64,000 nucleotides of DNA from a virus: IMG/VR virus record IMGVR_UViG_3300033153_008203, positions 64,001-128,000 of that record; one strand, given 5' to 3'. Below are positions 21,613 to 31,597 of the stretch, piece after piece. The translations under genes and the position numbers were made by a program. Under the pieces are notes generated by a model. It searched no databases and had not been told where the DNA came from. It worked only from the letters and a program-made list of their open reading frames with translations. The stretch's first letter is position 1. The number at the start of each line of letters is the position of its first letter.

Positions 21613-22035
21613 CTAATCTCCTGGGGGAAAAACTACAAATGATGTTTGTCCTATTTCTGTTGCTCCAGCTGCTGCTCCAGCTGGACGATCATTCTTATCT
21701 TCTGTAATCATGTAGGCCTTACCAAGCCACGGCTTATACCTATATACTATTTCTACTCTATCGCCTTCTTGTGGTTCACCAAATCTTAATGCGATATCTA
21801 ATGGATCATCACCAAGATATATCCATGTGTTCTCGTCTCCTATTAGGCCAGAGTGTCCTGGATCTGCTGACTTCCCTTCGTATCTTACTTGCACAAGTGG
21901 TTGAGTCCAGTTCCCTTTTTTGTCTGTGAATATTTTGCTTATTCTTCCAAAGACTCTCTTTTCTTGAACAAGAAGACCTGTGCTTCCTGATTGCAGCTTT
22001 AATCTTTTTTCATTTCCTAGTTTGCCTTTATTCAT
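21613..22035 (-). CDS. Putative baseplate spike OB-fold protein (gpV/gp5 N-terminal-like)
   Basis: GRISKI...VQVRY...WIYL...PQEGDRVEIVY matches the spike OB-fold pattern (P..GD.V.V). Follows the hub gene. Confidence 0.5.
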   Translation of the reverse strand: MNKGKLGNEKRLKLQSGSTGLLVQEKRVFGRISKIFTDKKGNWTQPLVQVRYEGKSADPGHSGLIGDENTWIYLGDDPLDIALRFGEPQEGDRVEIVYRYKPWLGKAYMITEDKNDRPAGAAAGATEIGQTSFVVFPPGD

Positions 22036-22037
22036 AT

Positions 22038-25000
22038 TTACTCCAATACCTCACTAAAGACTTCTGCTAGCCCTTCTTTTACATCTTCCCATGCATCTTC
22101 GACATCATCGAAAGCCTCACCGAACCTATCGCTATACGCCGACCACAACGTATTGTGTTTGAATCCTTCTATGCCAGCTACAAATGGAACCTTATTAACA
22201 ACAAGAGGCTTAATAATAATTGGCTGGCGCTCTTGAGTTTCTTTGATATAAACTGATCCAATCCCATATAACACAAATGCACCAACTGCGAAGATGCCAC
22301 GCTTGCCTACAGTTTTGTAAGCCACACCCAAGAGCCCCTTAAATCCTCCTCTAAGCTTTAGTGAAGCACCGCCTTTTGCTTTAAAATCAGTGACCTTGTT
22401 TAATAATGTAGACCCTGTTGCCGTAATCTTTGTTTTGGCACCAACTTTAGCTGCACCATATGCGTCCACTGTAGCCGTGCCTAGTCCTACTGACCTAATA
22501 TAGTCTCTTCCCTGCCAATACTTAATTAAACCGGTCTCAGCCAAATCAACTACTTTACCTTTACCGTATAACGAGTATATGTATCCAGTTTTTGCTGCAC
22601 TCTTTATTTTGTCTCCAGCAATTAGTCCTTTTAGAATACCTGTTTCAGTTGCGCCTTTTACTGCCTTTTCCACTACGCCTTTTGGTGTTGTACCTAACAC
22701 TGCTCCTATTACATGGGGTGCAGCCTTTACACCTGCAAACCTTAATTTTGACCAAAGAGCACCAGCTCCTAAGTACTTCAGATAGTTTATCTCTCCCATT
22801 GCTTGTTGCAATGCCATAGTTGCATACTCATTTCCACTAACACAAAGATCTGGAATTATCTCTGTTATAAATCCAGTCTCACTAGAGAAATGATGAACAA
22901 CTTGCTCTACTTCTACAGGACCATACATATCAGCTATGTCGTCAAAAACATGACACACATCATATGGTTTAATCTTTGGATTTCCTAGTACGGTAATGCT
23001 TCCAGTATACACGTCTTTTAGATGTCTTAGAAGTAATCCTTGTGCATATCTAGTAGCCATAAACTCTCCTTCACAGTTTGGCTGCTGAGAGAACAGTAGG
23101 TTTACATTCTCATCTCTAAGATCTTTATCAACTTTAAGAGTTTTCGTATTACCTGTCTTATAGTTAACGTTACCATACTCATCTATCTCTTTTACATCAT
23201 CGACATATTGCACAGTTACTGCATTATAAACGTCTGCATTTACCTTTATATCGTTTGATATGATATTAATCTTATCCGCCAAATAAAAATGCTTTCTGAA
23301 TGGAGTAAATCTGTCTCTAACTATACTTTTTCTTATATTGACAGCACTCTCATCTAGCTCTACTGGAATACCTGATATACCATCTCTCCTTCTGTTTTGA
23401 TTAAGCAGTGTTATTGCTGTACTATGTCCAGGCACTTCTTTCCTAAGCGGAGAATTCTTTTGATACTCTTCTATTGTCTCAGGCCTACTCCAATGTCCCA
23501 TATCTGGTACACCAAAAAACATCGACATCCTGTCGCCATATATTGTAGGCGAAGCAATCCATCCTGGATGTCTAAGCTCCATCTCCTTAAAGATGTCCCA
23601 TATGGTAGTATGAAATATCTTGTAGTCAAGATTAACATATCTTTCTACCATTCCGGTAGCAAATCCATGCATAAAAAGACCTGCAGTTACAACTCCACCT
23701 GTAGCCGCTCCAGCAGTAATTTTAGCAGATGCTACTAGTAGACCGCCATCCCAAAATGCTGTCTTAAATCCTTGTTTAATGCCTTCTGCTATGTTTAGAT
23801 CCCAAGCAGATCCTCCCCAATCAAAGAAATTGCTATCAGTTAAATACAACTCTATACTTGGAGGAAAAATATTATCATCTCTTGGATCTAGATTTGGACC
23901 ATACAACGAGTTTCCTGCTGACGCTATCTCTTCTTTACCTGTAAGAATAATATTAGCAATAGCTGTTTTCTTTCTAGTTCCAAAATGAACAACTTCTGGA
24001 GATTGCATTATCTTAGCAAGCAATCCACCTGTTATTTTCTCAGGTTCTTTTTTTATTTCTTCAGGCTCTTCTACTCCCTTTATCTGACTAACAAGCTCTG
24101 TTGCATAACTCTGACATACAATTGTAACTGCATGTGTTCCTCCAACCTCTACTATCTGTCCATTAAAAACAGTCTCCAATTTTCTCGGGTCATTAGAGTA
24201 TCCTAGTCTTACCTGTATTTTTTGTCCAGGTCTAAGTATTAATGCATCTATTGGATTCTCTGATAAAGACTCTTTGTCTGTTCCTCTTGTCTCATAGAAC
24301 TTGTCATCATCACCAGCATTATATTTTGCAACACTAGTTAGTTTTTGATTCAAGTTAGACATTGTCAATATGCACAAGTCTGCAGGAACTTTTCTGCTCC
24401 TGATTATTTTAATATCATGTACAGCATTATACCCAAAAAAGTCATCAAAGCTTAATCTTGGAATCAAATGAAACTCTTCGTCTTCATCTTCTTCAATAAA
24501 GTATACCTTGTATGTTGGATAAGCCCTGTTCATTGTAAAGATTTCATCGTCATGCGCTTGATCAACTAGTGTGTCAAGCATACCTTTTAGTCCAGTTTGA
24601 CTAAAATCATGAGACTTTACAAACTTTTCATTTATTTTAAAGTAGTCTGTCTTTGTACTGTTGCCGTACTCCTCTGGTCTCTCATGACCATTTGTAGCTG
24701 ATTCTCCAGACCAAACATCTGCTGGTCTCCATTCTTTCTGTACTGTCTCCATTTTCATTGCTATCTCTAATGACTCTTCAGCATACTGCTTAGTATCATT
24801 AAGTAGCTCATTAAAATACTCAGTGTGATTGTCTTCGCTCCAGAAATAATAGTCTGGATCGGTGTCTATAGGCTCATTTGTTATTGTAGTTGGCAAATTC
24901 AAGTCTCTATAACACTCAGTTAAAGACTGTGTTCTGAGCTTGTTTATTTCTTTATCTACACTCTTAAATTGATCTAACTGAAAAATCCCGTTTCCAAACA

Positions 25001-27152
25001 TACTCCAAAATTCATTAGATAATTTCTCATATATCTTTGCAGGTATTGCAATATTAATAGAGTCATCTGGTTCATAGTCCATAGCAGCTACACCTGCGCC
25101 TGCTGCACCTGGTTTTCTTTTTGCAACTATTTTTGGTTTCTTAGAGCTTATCAGATCTTTTACTTTTTTATCAAGGCCATAGATGCTACCCATATTATCA
25201 ACATAACCGCTATGCACATCTTCGTTAGCAATGTAGTCGTTTAATATGTCTACTACATTGTTTATGTGCGACTCAAGAACAGGACTATAGTCTTTTATGT
25301 GTGGACCGTACTTACTCTTTACACCTTGTGTTCTAGTGCCTGGGCTAAAAGTTGCTTGGGCGCCTTCTACTACAATATCTGCCCAGGACTTTTTAGTGCC
25401 TCCATAATCAGCGTAGGCTTCTTGCCCAATAAATTTGCTCATTGTCCCATGCTCAAGATACCTGTCTATCAACGAGAATGCCTTAGTTTTTATCTGCTTA
25501 TTGACCATAACATCTTCTCTAGAGAATCCTTCAGTAAACCACGGATCATACTGTGCAACACTAAAAACAAATATGTCCATATCTGGATTTCCAGGAACTG
25601 TTGATGATTCAGTATTATCTGTTAAACAATGCTCTAAACCAAAAAGTCTCGTAATCGGATTTACTATTGTGAGAACATTGTTATCTCTTATTCTTTTAAA
25701 TTCGTTCTCATTATTATGTGCTGTGTTAAGCGCCAACTTTATATTGTCTATTTGGTCGTTTCTTAATCCTTCTAATGCAAATATTGCTTTAGTATGTTTG
25801 CCACCCATATACTGAGTAGTAGGGTATTCATGTCCGACTATAGGGATAGAAGTAATATTGTGCGTCAATGACACATTAACACTGGTAACTGCAAGCCTAT
25901 CATTGCCTTGAACTATCGTCTGTGATGCCTGTATCTTCCATATGTTTCGTGCATTTGTAGGTAAGTAACCAGTGGACCTTTTCTGTTTAAGAAAATCAGT
26001 ATACACTCTCATGTAGTCTTCATTGTCAAGCGCATTTTTCTTGTCGCTTATTAGTGATCCAATAGAATGGTTTTCCCTGATTATCTCTTCTACGTTCTTT
26101 TTACCAAGCTCTCCTGTGTAGCTAAAGTGCCATGGTCTATCTTTGTTTGGAGTAAAACTATTATCTTGTGCTATTGCAACAAATGACTTATATCTTTTGT
26201 CATTATAGTACTTACTCTTAAGTTCTGTTATCCCAGTAGCGCTGCCAATAGAGTGTAATATCAAATCAAATGCTAATCCAGCCATATGCTCATTCATAAT
26301 AGCTTTATCTTCTGTCTCATCTGTATAAAAATCTATTCCGCCGGCAGGAATAAACATATTTGAAACAGGCATCCCTACTCCATACTTCCTTTTATAAAGC
26401 CTAGCAAGATGCTTAAAGGTACCAGTGGCATTTCTATGCATCTTTGAGCTAGGACCAATAATTCTAGTGTCGCTAGTATTAGAAGAGAACAATGTCTTTC
26501 CTATCTCTGCTACTTCACTTTCTGATAAGTGTCCAGCTGTTGGTGGCGTATCTCTCATGTAAGTATTATACGCTAGAGTTAAATCATTGTTTGCAGCAGT
26601 AATAGTTGGGATAGCATTTAGCACTCTTTGGAATCCCTTTTGATACAAGTTAGATTGAGTTGGGTCTATAACCTTTTGATACTTGTTTTTCTCATCAATT
26701 CTTGGTCCAGTAAGCTCATTTTTAAAAGAGAAGTCAGGAGAATAAGGAAGATAATTAAACAATGTCATATCAAAATTCGCGAACAACGATTCAGGTAGAT
26801 CAGGCACCGTATAAACACTAAGGTTACTAAGTGTTACAGCAAGATTAGATGACTCTGTTACTTCTGATAATGCTGCATTGGATATATATCTACTGCTAAT
26901 ATGAGCAAATGGCGACACCTTAAAGTGCGCTATCAAATGTCTTAGTTTATTGTTGATCTCATTTGTATTTGGAAACGCCATTTCTGCAGACACTACAAAT
27001 ATAGATCTGCCTGAACGAGCCCCTGTCGGAGTACTCTGTCTAAGGACATGATTGTACGCATTCATATTTCTCTTATGAAGCTGTATTCTAGTTGTATTTG
27101 CAGTCAGATCAAGACCGTTTAATACGAAATCATATGTTGGATTATCAGCCAT
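22038..27152 (-). CDS. Large baseplate hub protein (gp27/gp44-like) with an M15 peptidase-like domain
   Basis: 1704 aa. Hub motifs LRPGQKIQVRLGYSND...VFNGQIVEV and YTGSITVLGNPKIKPYD...VEVEQVVHHFS.ETGFITEI. Internal HxxGxAxD...PWH motif (NEHMAGLAFD...DRPWHF). Confidence 0.75.
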   Translation of the reverse strand: MADNPTYDFVLNGLDLTANTTRIQLHKRNMNAYNHVLRQSTPTGARSGRSIFVVSAEMAFPNTNEINNKLRHLIAHFKVSPFAHISSRYISNAALSEVTESSNLAVTLSNLSVYTVPDLPESLFANFDMTLFNYLPYSPDFSFKNELTGPRIDEKNKYQKVIDPTQSNLYQKGFQRVLNAIPTITAANNDLTLAYNTYMRDTPPTAGHLSESEVAEIGKTLFSSNTSDTRIIGPSSKMHRNATGTFKHLARLYKRKYGVGMPVSNMFIPAGGIDFYTDETEDKAIMNEHMAGLAFDLILHSIGSATGITELKSKYYNDKRYKSFVAIAQDNSFTPNKDRPWHFSYTGELGKKNVEEIIRENHSIGSLISDKKNALDNEDYMRVYTDFLKQKRSTGYLPTNARNIWKIQASQTIVQGNDRLAVTSVNVSLTHNITSIPIVGHEYPTTQYMGGKHTKAIFALEGLRNDQIDNIKLALNTAHNNENEFKRIRDNNVLTIVNPITRLFGLEHCLTDNTESSTVPGNPDMDIFVFSVAQYDPWFTEGFSREDVMVNKQIKTKAFSLIDRYLEHGTMSKFIGQEAYADYGGTKKSWADIVVEGAQATFSPGTRTQGVKSKYGPHIKDYSPVLESHINNVVDILNDYIANEDVHSGYVDNMGSIYGLDKKVKDLISSKKPKIVAKRKPGAAGAGVAAMDYEPDDSINIAIPAKIYEKLSNEFWSMFGNGIFQLDQFKSVDKEINKLRTQSLTECYRDLNLPTTITNEPIDTDPDYYFWSEDNHTEYFNELLNDTKQYAEESLEIAMKMETVQKEWRPADVWSGESATNGHERPEEYGNSTKTDYFKINEKFVKSHDFSQTGLKGMLDTLVDQAHDDEIFTMNRAYPTYKVYFIEEDEDEEFHLIPRLSFDDFFGYNAVHDIKIIRSRKVPADLCILTMSNLNQKLTSVAKYNAGDDDKFYETRGTDKESLSENPIDALILRPGQKIQVRLGYSNDPRKLETVFNGQIVEVGGTHAVTIVCQSYATELVSQIKGVEEPEEIKKEPEKITGGLLAKIMQSPEVVHFGTRKKTAIANIILTGKEEIASAGNSLYGPNLDPRDDNIFPPSIELYLTDSNFFDWGGSAWDLNIAEGIKQGFKTAFWDGGLLVASAKITAGAATGGVVTAGLFMHGFATGMVERYVNLDYKIFHTTIWDIFKEMELRHPGWIASPTIYGDRMSMFFGVPDMGHWSRPETIEEYQKNSPLRKEVPGHSTAITLLNQNRRRDGISGIPVELDESAVNIRKSIVRDRFTPFRKHFYLADKINIISNDIKVNADVYNAVTVQYVDDVKEIDEYGNVNYKTGNTKTLKVDKDLRDENVNLLFSQQPNCEGEFMATRYAQGLLLRHLKDVYTGSITVLGNPKIKPYDVCHVFDDIADMYGPVEVEQVVHHFSSETGFITEIIPDLCVSGNEYATMALQQAMGEINYLKYLGAGALWSKLRFAGVKAAPHVIGAVLGTTPKGVVEKAVKGATETGILKGLIAGDKIKSAAKTGYIYSLYGKGKVVDLAETGLIKYWQGRDYIRSVGLGTATVDAYGAAKVGAKTKITATGSTLLNKVTDFKAKGGASLKLRGGFKGLLGVAYKTVGKRGIFAVGAFVLYGIGSVYIKETQERQPIIIKPLVVNKVPFVAGIEGFKHNTLWSAYSDRFGEAFDDVEDAWEDVKEGLAEVFSEVLE

Positions 27153-27154
27153 TC

Positions 27155-30100
27155 TTAGCCCTCTATTAGTCTATCTATCATTTCAGCGGTTATTGTCCTT
27201 GAATTGTCATTTATATTAACGTTAACATTAGAAGGCATTTTCATTCTTTCCATTATTTTTTGGCTTATCTCATTATAGTCTACATTTGCAGATTCCCTAC
27301 CCCTAATTCTTACAACGCTTGACATAGGAGTTGTGTTTTGATCTACCATTGCCTTTGGCGTATGCTGCATAGCTTGTGGTGAACCTACTTGTCCAGCCTT
27401 TAATTGGCCTCCCTGTATACTCTCTGGATGTATATACTTAGGCTTAGCCTGAAAATTTAAGTCAGGTATAACCATCTCTCCTGCTGATCCTCGTGGAGGT
27501 CTTGATGGTGGTGCCATAATATTATGTCCGCCAAAAGGAGTCTCTTCTCTAGATTTTGCACCAAGATAAAAAAGTCCTCCCGCCAAAGCAGTTGCTGCTG
27601 CAACCATTGCTGTTCCTTTACCCATACCAGCAAATTGACCTTTCATCATAGTCTTCACATTAGCAGTAAGAGTTTCTACAGCAGAATATCCAGTTGCTCC
27701 TGATTTCATTGACAAAATAGGATCAGGCATCATAGCACCATGCATTGATCCGCCTGCTGCGTCTGCAGTTCTCAAGACTCGCATCGGATCACTTGCAAGC
27801 CTTAGTGCTGCTGCAGTAGTTGGTCCTTTGCGACCAATGTGCATAAATGCCTTTAGGTCTTCAGCTTTTACTGCTGAACCTTTCCTTGCCTTTAAAGATC
27901 TAGTAACTATTTCCTCGACATCTATTCCTTGTTCAGCAAGCTTACTCAAATCAAATCTTTTGCCTACCGCTTCAGATATTTGGCCTGCACCTTCTATTAT
28001 GCCTTCAGGACTCCTGGCACCACGAATAGCTTTCATTATTCTTTGCGACTCTCCAATCATTGCTTTAGCTTCTGCTGGAGTCATGTGCTTTGCAGATATG
28101 ATTTCCTGAGGAACATTTTCATACAATTGCTGTGCACCTGCTATTATTTTTTTATCTCCAGATGCAGCAGCGCTTTCAAGTATGTCTTCAAATGCAACAT
28201 CTAATGCTCCTATTTCAGATGTAACTGCCATCTTTAACTGTTCTCCTAGCTGACTGAATTCAACTGCTGCGGCACCAGATACAGCTCCTCGTTTTGCTCT
28301 ACTGAATATCGCTGCTGATTTTGCAAAGTCATCAAAGGTAGCAGTAAGCGTTTTGTGCTTTAGCATTTTTCTAGCAGTTTCTTGTTCCCTTTTATTCATG
28401 ACTGTTGTGACTATTACATTATCTCCATCATAGTCTCCTCTCAGCACTTTCATGACAGACTCGCTAGCTTCAAGCTGATGACCAAGTTCGTCAAGCTTAG
28501 AATCGTATCTTAGTCTAATTGGAAACGCACCTGTCTTACCTGTTATTGGATGTCTAGCTACTAAACCTTCAACAGCTTCTCCTCTTAAAAAGGCTTCACG
28601 CTGAGACTTTACAAATGCCTTATCGGTTGAGTCTGCCCACATCTTTTCCATAATATTGCGGCTTGCTTTAACCTCTGCTTCTCTTTCAATCCATCTTCCT
28701 GCTTCAGCAGAAGGAAATGGCCCTATGAATCCTGTAGCCTGACTCTGAACTCTCGTGTAAACAAAACCAGGAGTCTTGGCTTTACCTGCCGTAGCTCTAG
28801 CATATTGCGTAGAAAGCTCAATATCAAGATTCTTCATTGCAGCAGTAACGTCTTTCGCTGATTCCTTAGTCATTACAGCAGAAAGAAGTTCTGAGTATCT
28901 TTTAAGTGTTGATAGAGCCTCTCTTTTGCCAGCTTCACCAGGACGCGTTCCCATTCCAGTTACTTCAGTTATTGACGGCAAATACATATGCTTCTTAAGA
29001 CCGTATGTCTTTTGTTGCTCTTCTGTAAACTTTAGCAGCGTGCCTTCTTGACTCCATATTGTCTTGTCACTGGTTCGCCTAAGCATTGATCTATCAAGCT
29101 CCTGTGCACCAGCAAACTGTTGCTCTGTTAGCAGCTTAGAAAGGTTAGCGTCTCCAGCTACAGACAGCATTGCTTTTCTTAGTTCTGTTACAGCTCCGTA
29201 TGACTTGCCCAGTCTTCTTTGGCCTACAATCTCTGCGACTCCTTCTCCTGTAGGTCCTCCTAAACCGGCCTTCCATATTGCTCTTGTCTCAAATGATCCT
29301 TTTACCATCTCATGAGCACCAAGCTCTCCACCTGGAACAACCTGAGCTATACCAAATGCAAATGGGTTCCTTTTAATATATTCTAGTTCTTTTTCACTGA
29401 AATCTATAGCTCCAGACAGTATTGCACTGGATTCTTCTTTTATCTCTTTAGCATATGTGCCAAATACCATTCCAAACTCAACACCAGTTAAGCCATGCTT
29501 TCTTGACAATGCTAATAGCTTACGCTCAACACCATATGCTTGGCCTTGTACGTCAGAAAGATACTGTAATGGATCATCAGTAAACGCATTATTAACACCA
29601 GCTTGACTAAGGATATGTCTTAGCCCTGTTGTCATTTGATATTTTCTGGCTCTAGGATCTTTAAATAGTGCCTCATAATGCGTAAAAGCTTCTGGCTTAA
29701 TTCCTGTTCCTGAAACTTTTTGTGCATACTTAGCTAACATACTTGACTCTTGAGGCCTCAATACACTTTTTACTCCACCTTCTCCAAATACTTTTTGGGC
29801 TACGCCTCCTCTTACTTGTCTTTCTATCTCTACTGTTACGTAATCGGTGCCTGATGCCTTTTTTACACTCTTTATTATGTCTGTAATATCGTCACCAACG
29901 GTTTGAGATATTAGCTCATCTAAGTCTGATGTCTTTCCACCATATACAACCTCTCCTGCTGCAGTTGTTGTCTTTAGCAGCTCACGTCCCATACCTAGTC
30001 GTGCTCCTGCTGCCAACCTAACAGGTTTCCCTGTTGCTTGTGCTTCGACTATTTCTGGTGCCAAAGGAAGAATTCCAGAGCTCTCTAATATACGATACTT

Positions 30101-31597
30101 ACGTGTTGACTGAGTATTAAGCATTTCTGTAATCGTATCTGAAACTGCTATCTCTCCTTCTCTAACGCCAAGGTCCATCATGTCAGGCATATACAGCATT
30201 GGCATATTAAGGTCTCTTATATTGGCCATCTGTATTGCAGCTTCAGCTGTTACTGTCTTTCTTATTCCTCTTGCCTTCTCAAACATTCTTACACTCTGTA
30301 CTGCATCACTAGTAAGAGTTGTTTCAGGCCTTATAATATGAAGAGGTTTTCGCGCCCAACGTGTCTCTTCTCCAAAAGGAACAAGCTTAGTCAAATCTAC
30401 ACCACGCTGAAACGGATAGAACTGTCTACCACCTTCGGTTCTTATTATCTCTCCTTTTGGGCTATAGAATATGCCCGGTCTTGCTACTTGTTTCTCTATC
30501 CATGCTGGCAAATCTTCTGGAGCCATATCTTTTGGCAACTCTATATTGACTCTACTTGAACGCATTGTTTCCCAAACTCCAGAGACTCCAGTTTCAGGAC
30601 CAGCAGGCATAGCTTGAGGAAAAAAGTCCCCATACAGTTTTCTCATGTCTTTTAGATTGTCTTTTCCTTCCGCCTTAAAATGATGTAATCCAGCATCCCA
30701 CTTAGCAAGCAACCCATTCTTATTGACAAGGTCTTCTATAATGAACTCTCCAAAGTTTAATAATCTTCCCTTGGCTCCTTGACGCTCAAGAGTATCTACC
30801 TCTCCAAATATGTTAGATGCGAGAGAACTTACGGGCACACTAGAGGTCAATGGTATCTGCATTGTACGTCTTGCCCTATCAGCTCCAGTTGCCTTGCTTA
30901 TTCCGAACTGCATGACTGGTGCACCTGCGATCTCTTTAATACTAAAACCAGTGCTTACATCAAACTTATCAGGAAAGTTTTTACCTACAAGCTCTGAAAC
31001 TCTAGCATGTAGCTTAGTTGCATGTCCTTTGTGTGTGCTTCTATTAGTAATATCTAATACTTCTTCAGGTGCAAAGCTATATTCGGTTGTTAGTCTCTTA
31101 ACGTCTAAGTCGTCAACCATTGCAACTTGAGACCTTACATTCTTCATCAAAGATGTCCTTCCCATTCTTTGGGAAAGATTCTCAAGCTTCTGAACAAGTT
31201 CTCCAGAACCAACTGATGGAAGCCCATCAACCTCTAGCAACCCTTCGTTTCTCATTAGGTCTTGTACATCTGCAACACCTAAATGCCTAAAGGTCTGCAT
31301 TAAAGCATTACGAGTAGCATGCTCTAACTTGAAGCGCATATTCCTATCCCCTTTATTCTGAATCCTAATCAAGTCCTGAAGAATCTGCTGATTTACAGTC
31401 GTAGCTTTTACAAATGGCTCTTTGCTTCTAGGGTTAATCATGTTCTGAAGTCCCAGTCTGCCTTGACGAGACTTAAGCCTATATGGGTCTAAAGAATCTT
31501 CTACTGTCTTAAAGTTATACACGCCCTTAACATCACGAAGATGTTGCTTGAGACTTCTATTCTGTTTTTTTATCTTATTGTCTGACATTAAATCCAA
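27155..31597 (-). CDS. Putative single-chain two-barrel (double-psi beta-barrel) RNA polymerase, probably virion-packaged
   Basis: 1480 aa; likely true start MSDNK at 31588 via a TAATG overlap. Beta-like barrel: REGEIAVSD and VTVEIERQVRGGVAQKVFGEGGVKSVL (K602-x7-K610, compare GDKMAGRHGNKGV). Beta'-like barrel: LVARHP (R1015) and RGDYDGD (D1055/1057/1059, compare NADFDGD). Downstream QEIISAKH resembles a trigger loop. Hydrophobic C-terminal segment. Confidence 0.75.
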   Translation of the reverse strand: MDLMSDNKIKKQNRSLKQHLRDVKGVYNFKTVEDSLDPYRLKSRQGRLGLQNMINPRSKEPFVKATTVNQQILQDLIRIQNKGDRNMRFKLEHATRNALMQTFRHLGVADVQDLMRNEGLLEVDGLPSVGSGELVQKLENLSQRMGRTSLMKNVRSQVAMVDDLDVKRLTTEYSFAPEEVLDITNRSTHKGHATKLHARVSELVGKNFPDKFDVSTGFSIKEIAGAPVMQFGISKATGADRARRTMQIPLTSSVPVSSLASNIFGEVDTLERQGAKGRLLNFGEFIIEDLVNKNGLLAKWDAGLHHFKAEGKDNLKDMRKLYGDFFPQAMPAGPETGVSGVWETMRSSRVNIELPKDMAPEDLPAWIEKQVARPGIFYSPKGEIIRTEGGRQFYPFQRGVDLTKLVPFGEETRWARKPLHIIRPETTLTSDAVQSVRMFEKARGIRKTVTAEAAIQMANIRDLNMPMLYMPDMMDLGVREGEIAVSDTITEMLNTQSTRKYRILESSGILPLAPEIVEAQATGKPVRLAAGARLGMGRELLKTTTAAGEVVYGGKTSDLDELISQTVGDDITDIIKSVKKASGTDYVTVEIERQVRGGVAQKVFGEGGVKSVLRPQESSMLAKYAQKVSGTGIKPEAFTHYEALFKDPRARKYQMTTGLRHILSQAGVNNAFTDDPLQYLSDVQGQAYGVERKLLALSRKHGLTGVEFGMVFGTYAKEIKEESSAILSGAIDFSEKELEYIKRNPFAFGIAQVVPGGELGAHEMVKGSFETRAIWKAGLGGPTGEGVAEIVGQRRLGKSYGAVTELRKAMLSVAGDANLSKLLTEQQFAGAQELDRSMLRRTSDKTIWSQEGTLLKFTEEQQKTYGLKKHMYLPSITEVTGMGTRPGEAGKREALSTLKRYSELLSAVMTKESAKDVTAAMKNLDIELSTQYARATAGKAKTPGFVYTRVQSQATGFIGPFPSAEAGRWIEREAEVKASRNIMEKMWADSTDKAFVKSQREAFLRGEAVEGLVARHPITGKTGAFPIRLRYDSKLDELGHQLEASESVMKVLRGDYDGDNVIVTTVMNKREQETARKMLKHKTLTATFDDFAKSAAIFSRAKRGAVSGAAAVEFSQLGEQLKMAVTSEIGALDVAFEDILESAAASGDKKIIAGAQQLYENVPQEIISAKHMTPAEAKAMIGESQRIMKAIRGARSPEGIIEGAGQISEAVGKRFDLSKLAEQGIDVEEIVTRSLKARKGSAVKAEDLKAFMHIGRKGPTTAAALRLASDPMRVLRTADAAGGSMHGAMMPDPILSMKSGATGYSAVETLTANVKTMMKGQFAGMGKGTAMVAAATALAGGLFYLGAKSREETPFGGHNIMAPPSRPPRGSAGEMVIPDLNFQAKPKYIHPESIQGGQLKAGQVGSPQAMQHTPKAMVDQNTTPMSSVVRIRGRESANVDYNEISQKIMERMKMPSNVNVNINDNSRTITAEMIDRLIEG

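Noticed and set aside
27155-31597. Calling the 1480-aa protein simply a second tape measure, or DYDGD a Ca-binding or FG-GAP repeat
   Set aside because: The DxDGD is single, preceded by R-x-P about 40 aa upstream and accompanied by the K-x7-K barrel motif in the expected order, which fits RNAP better.
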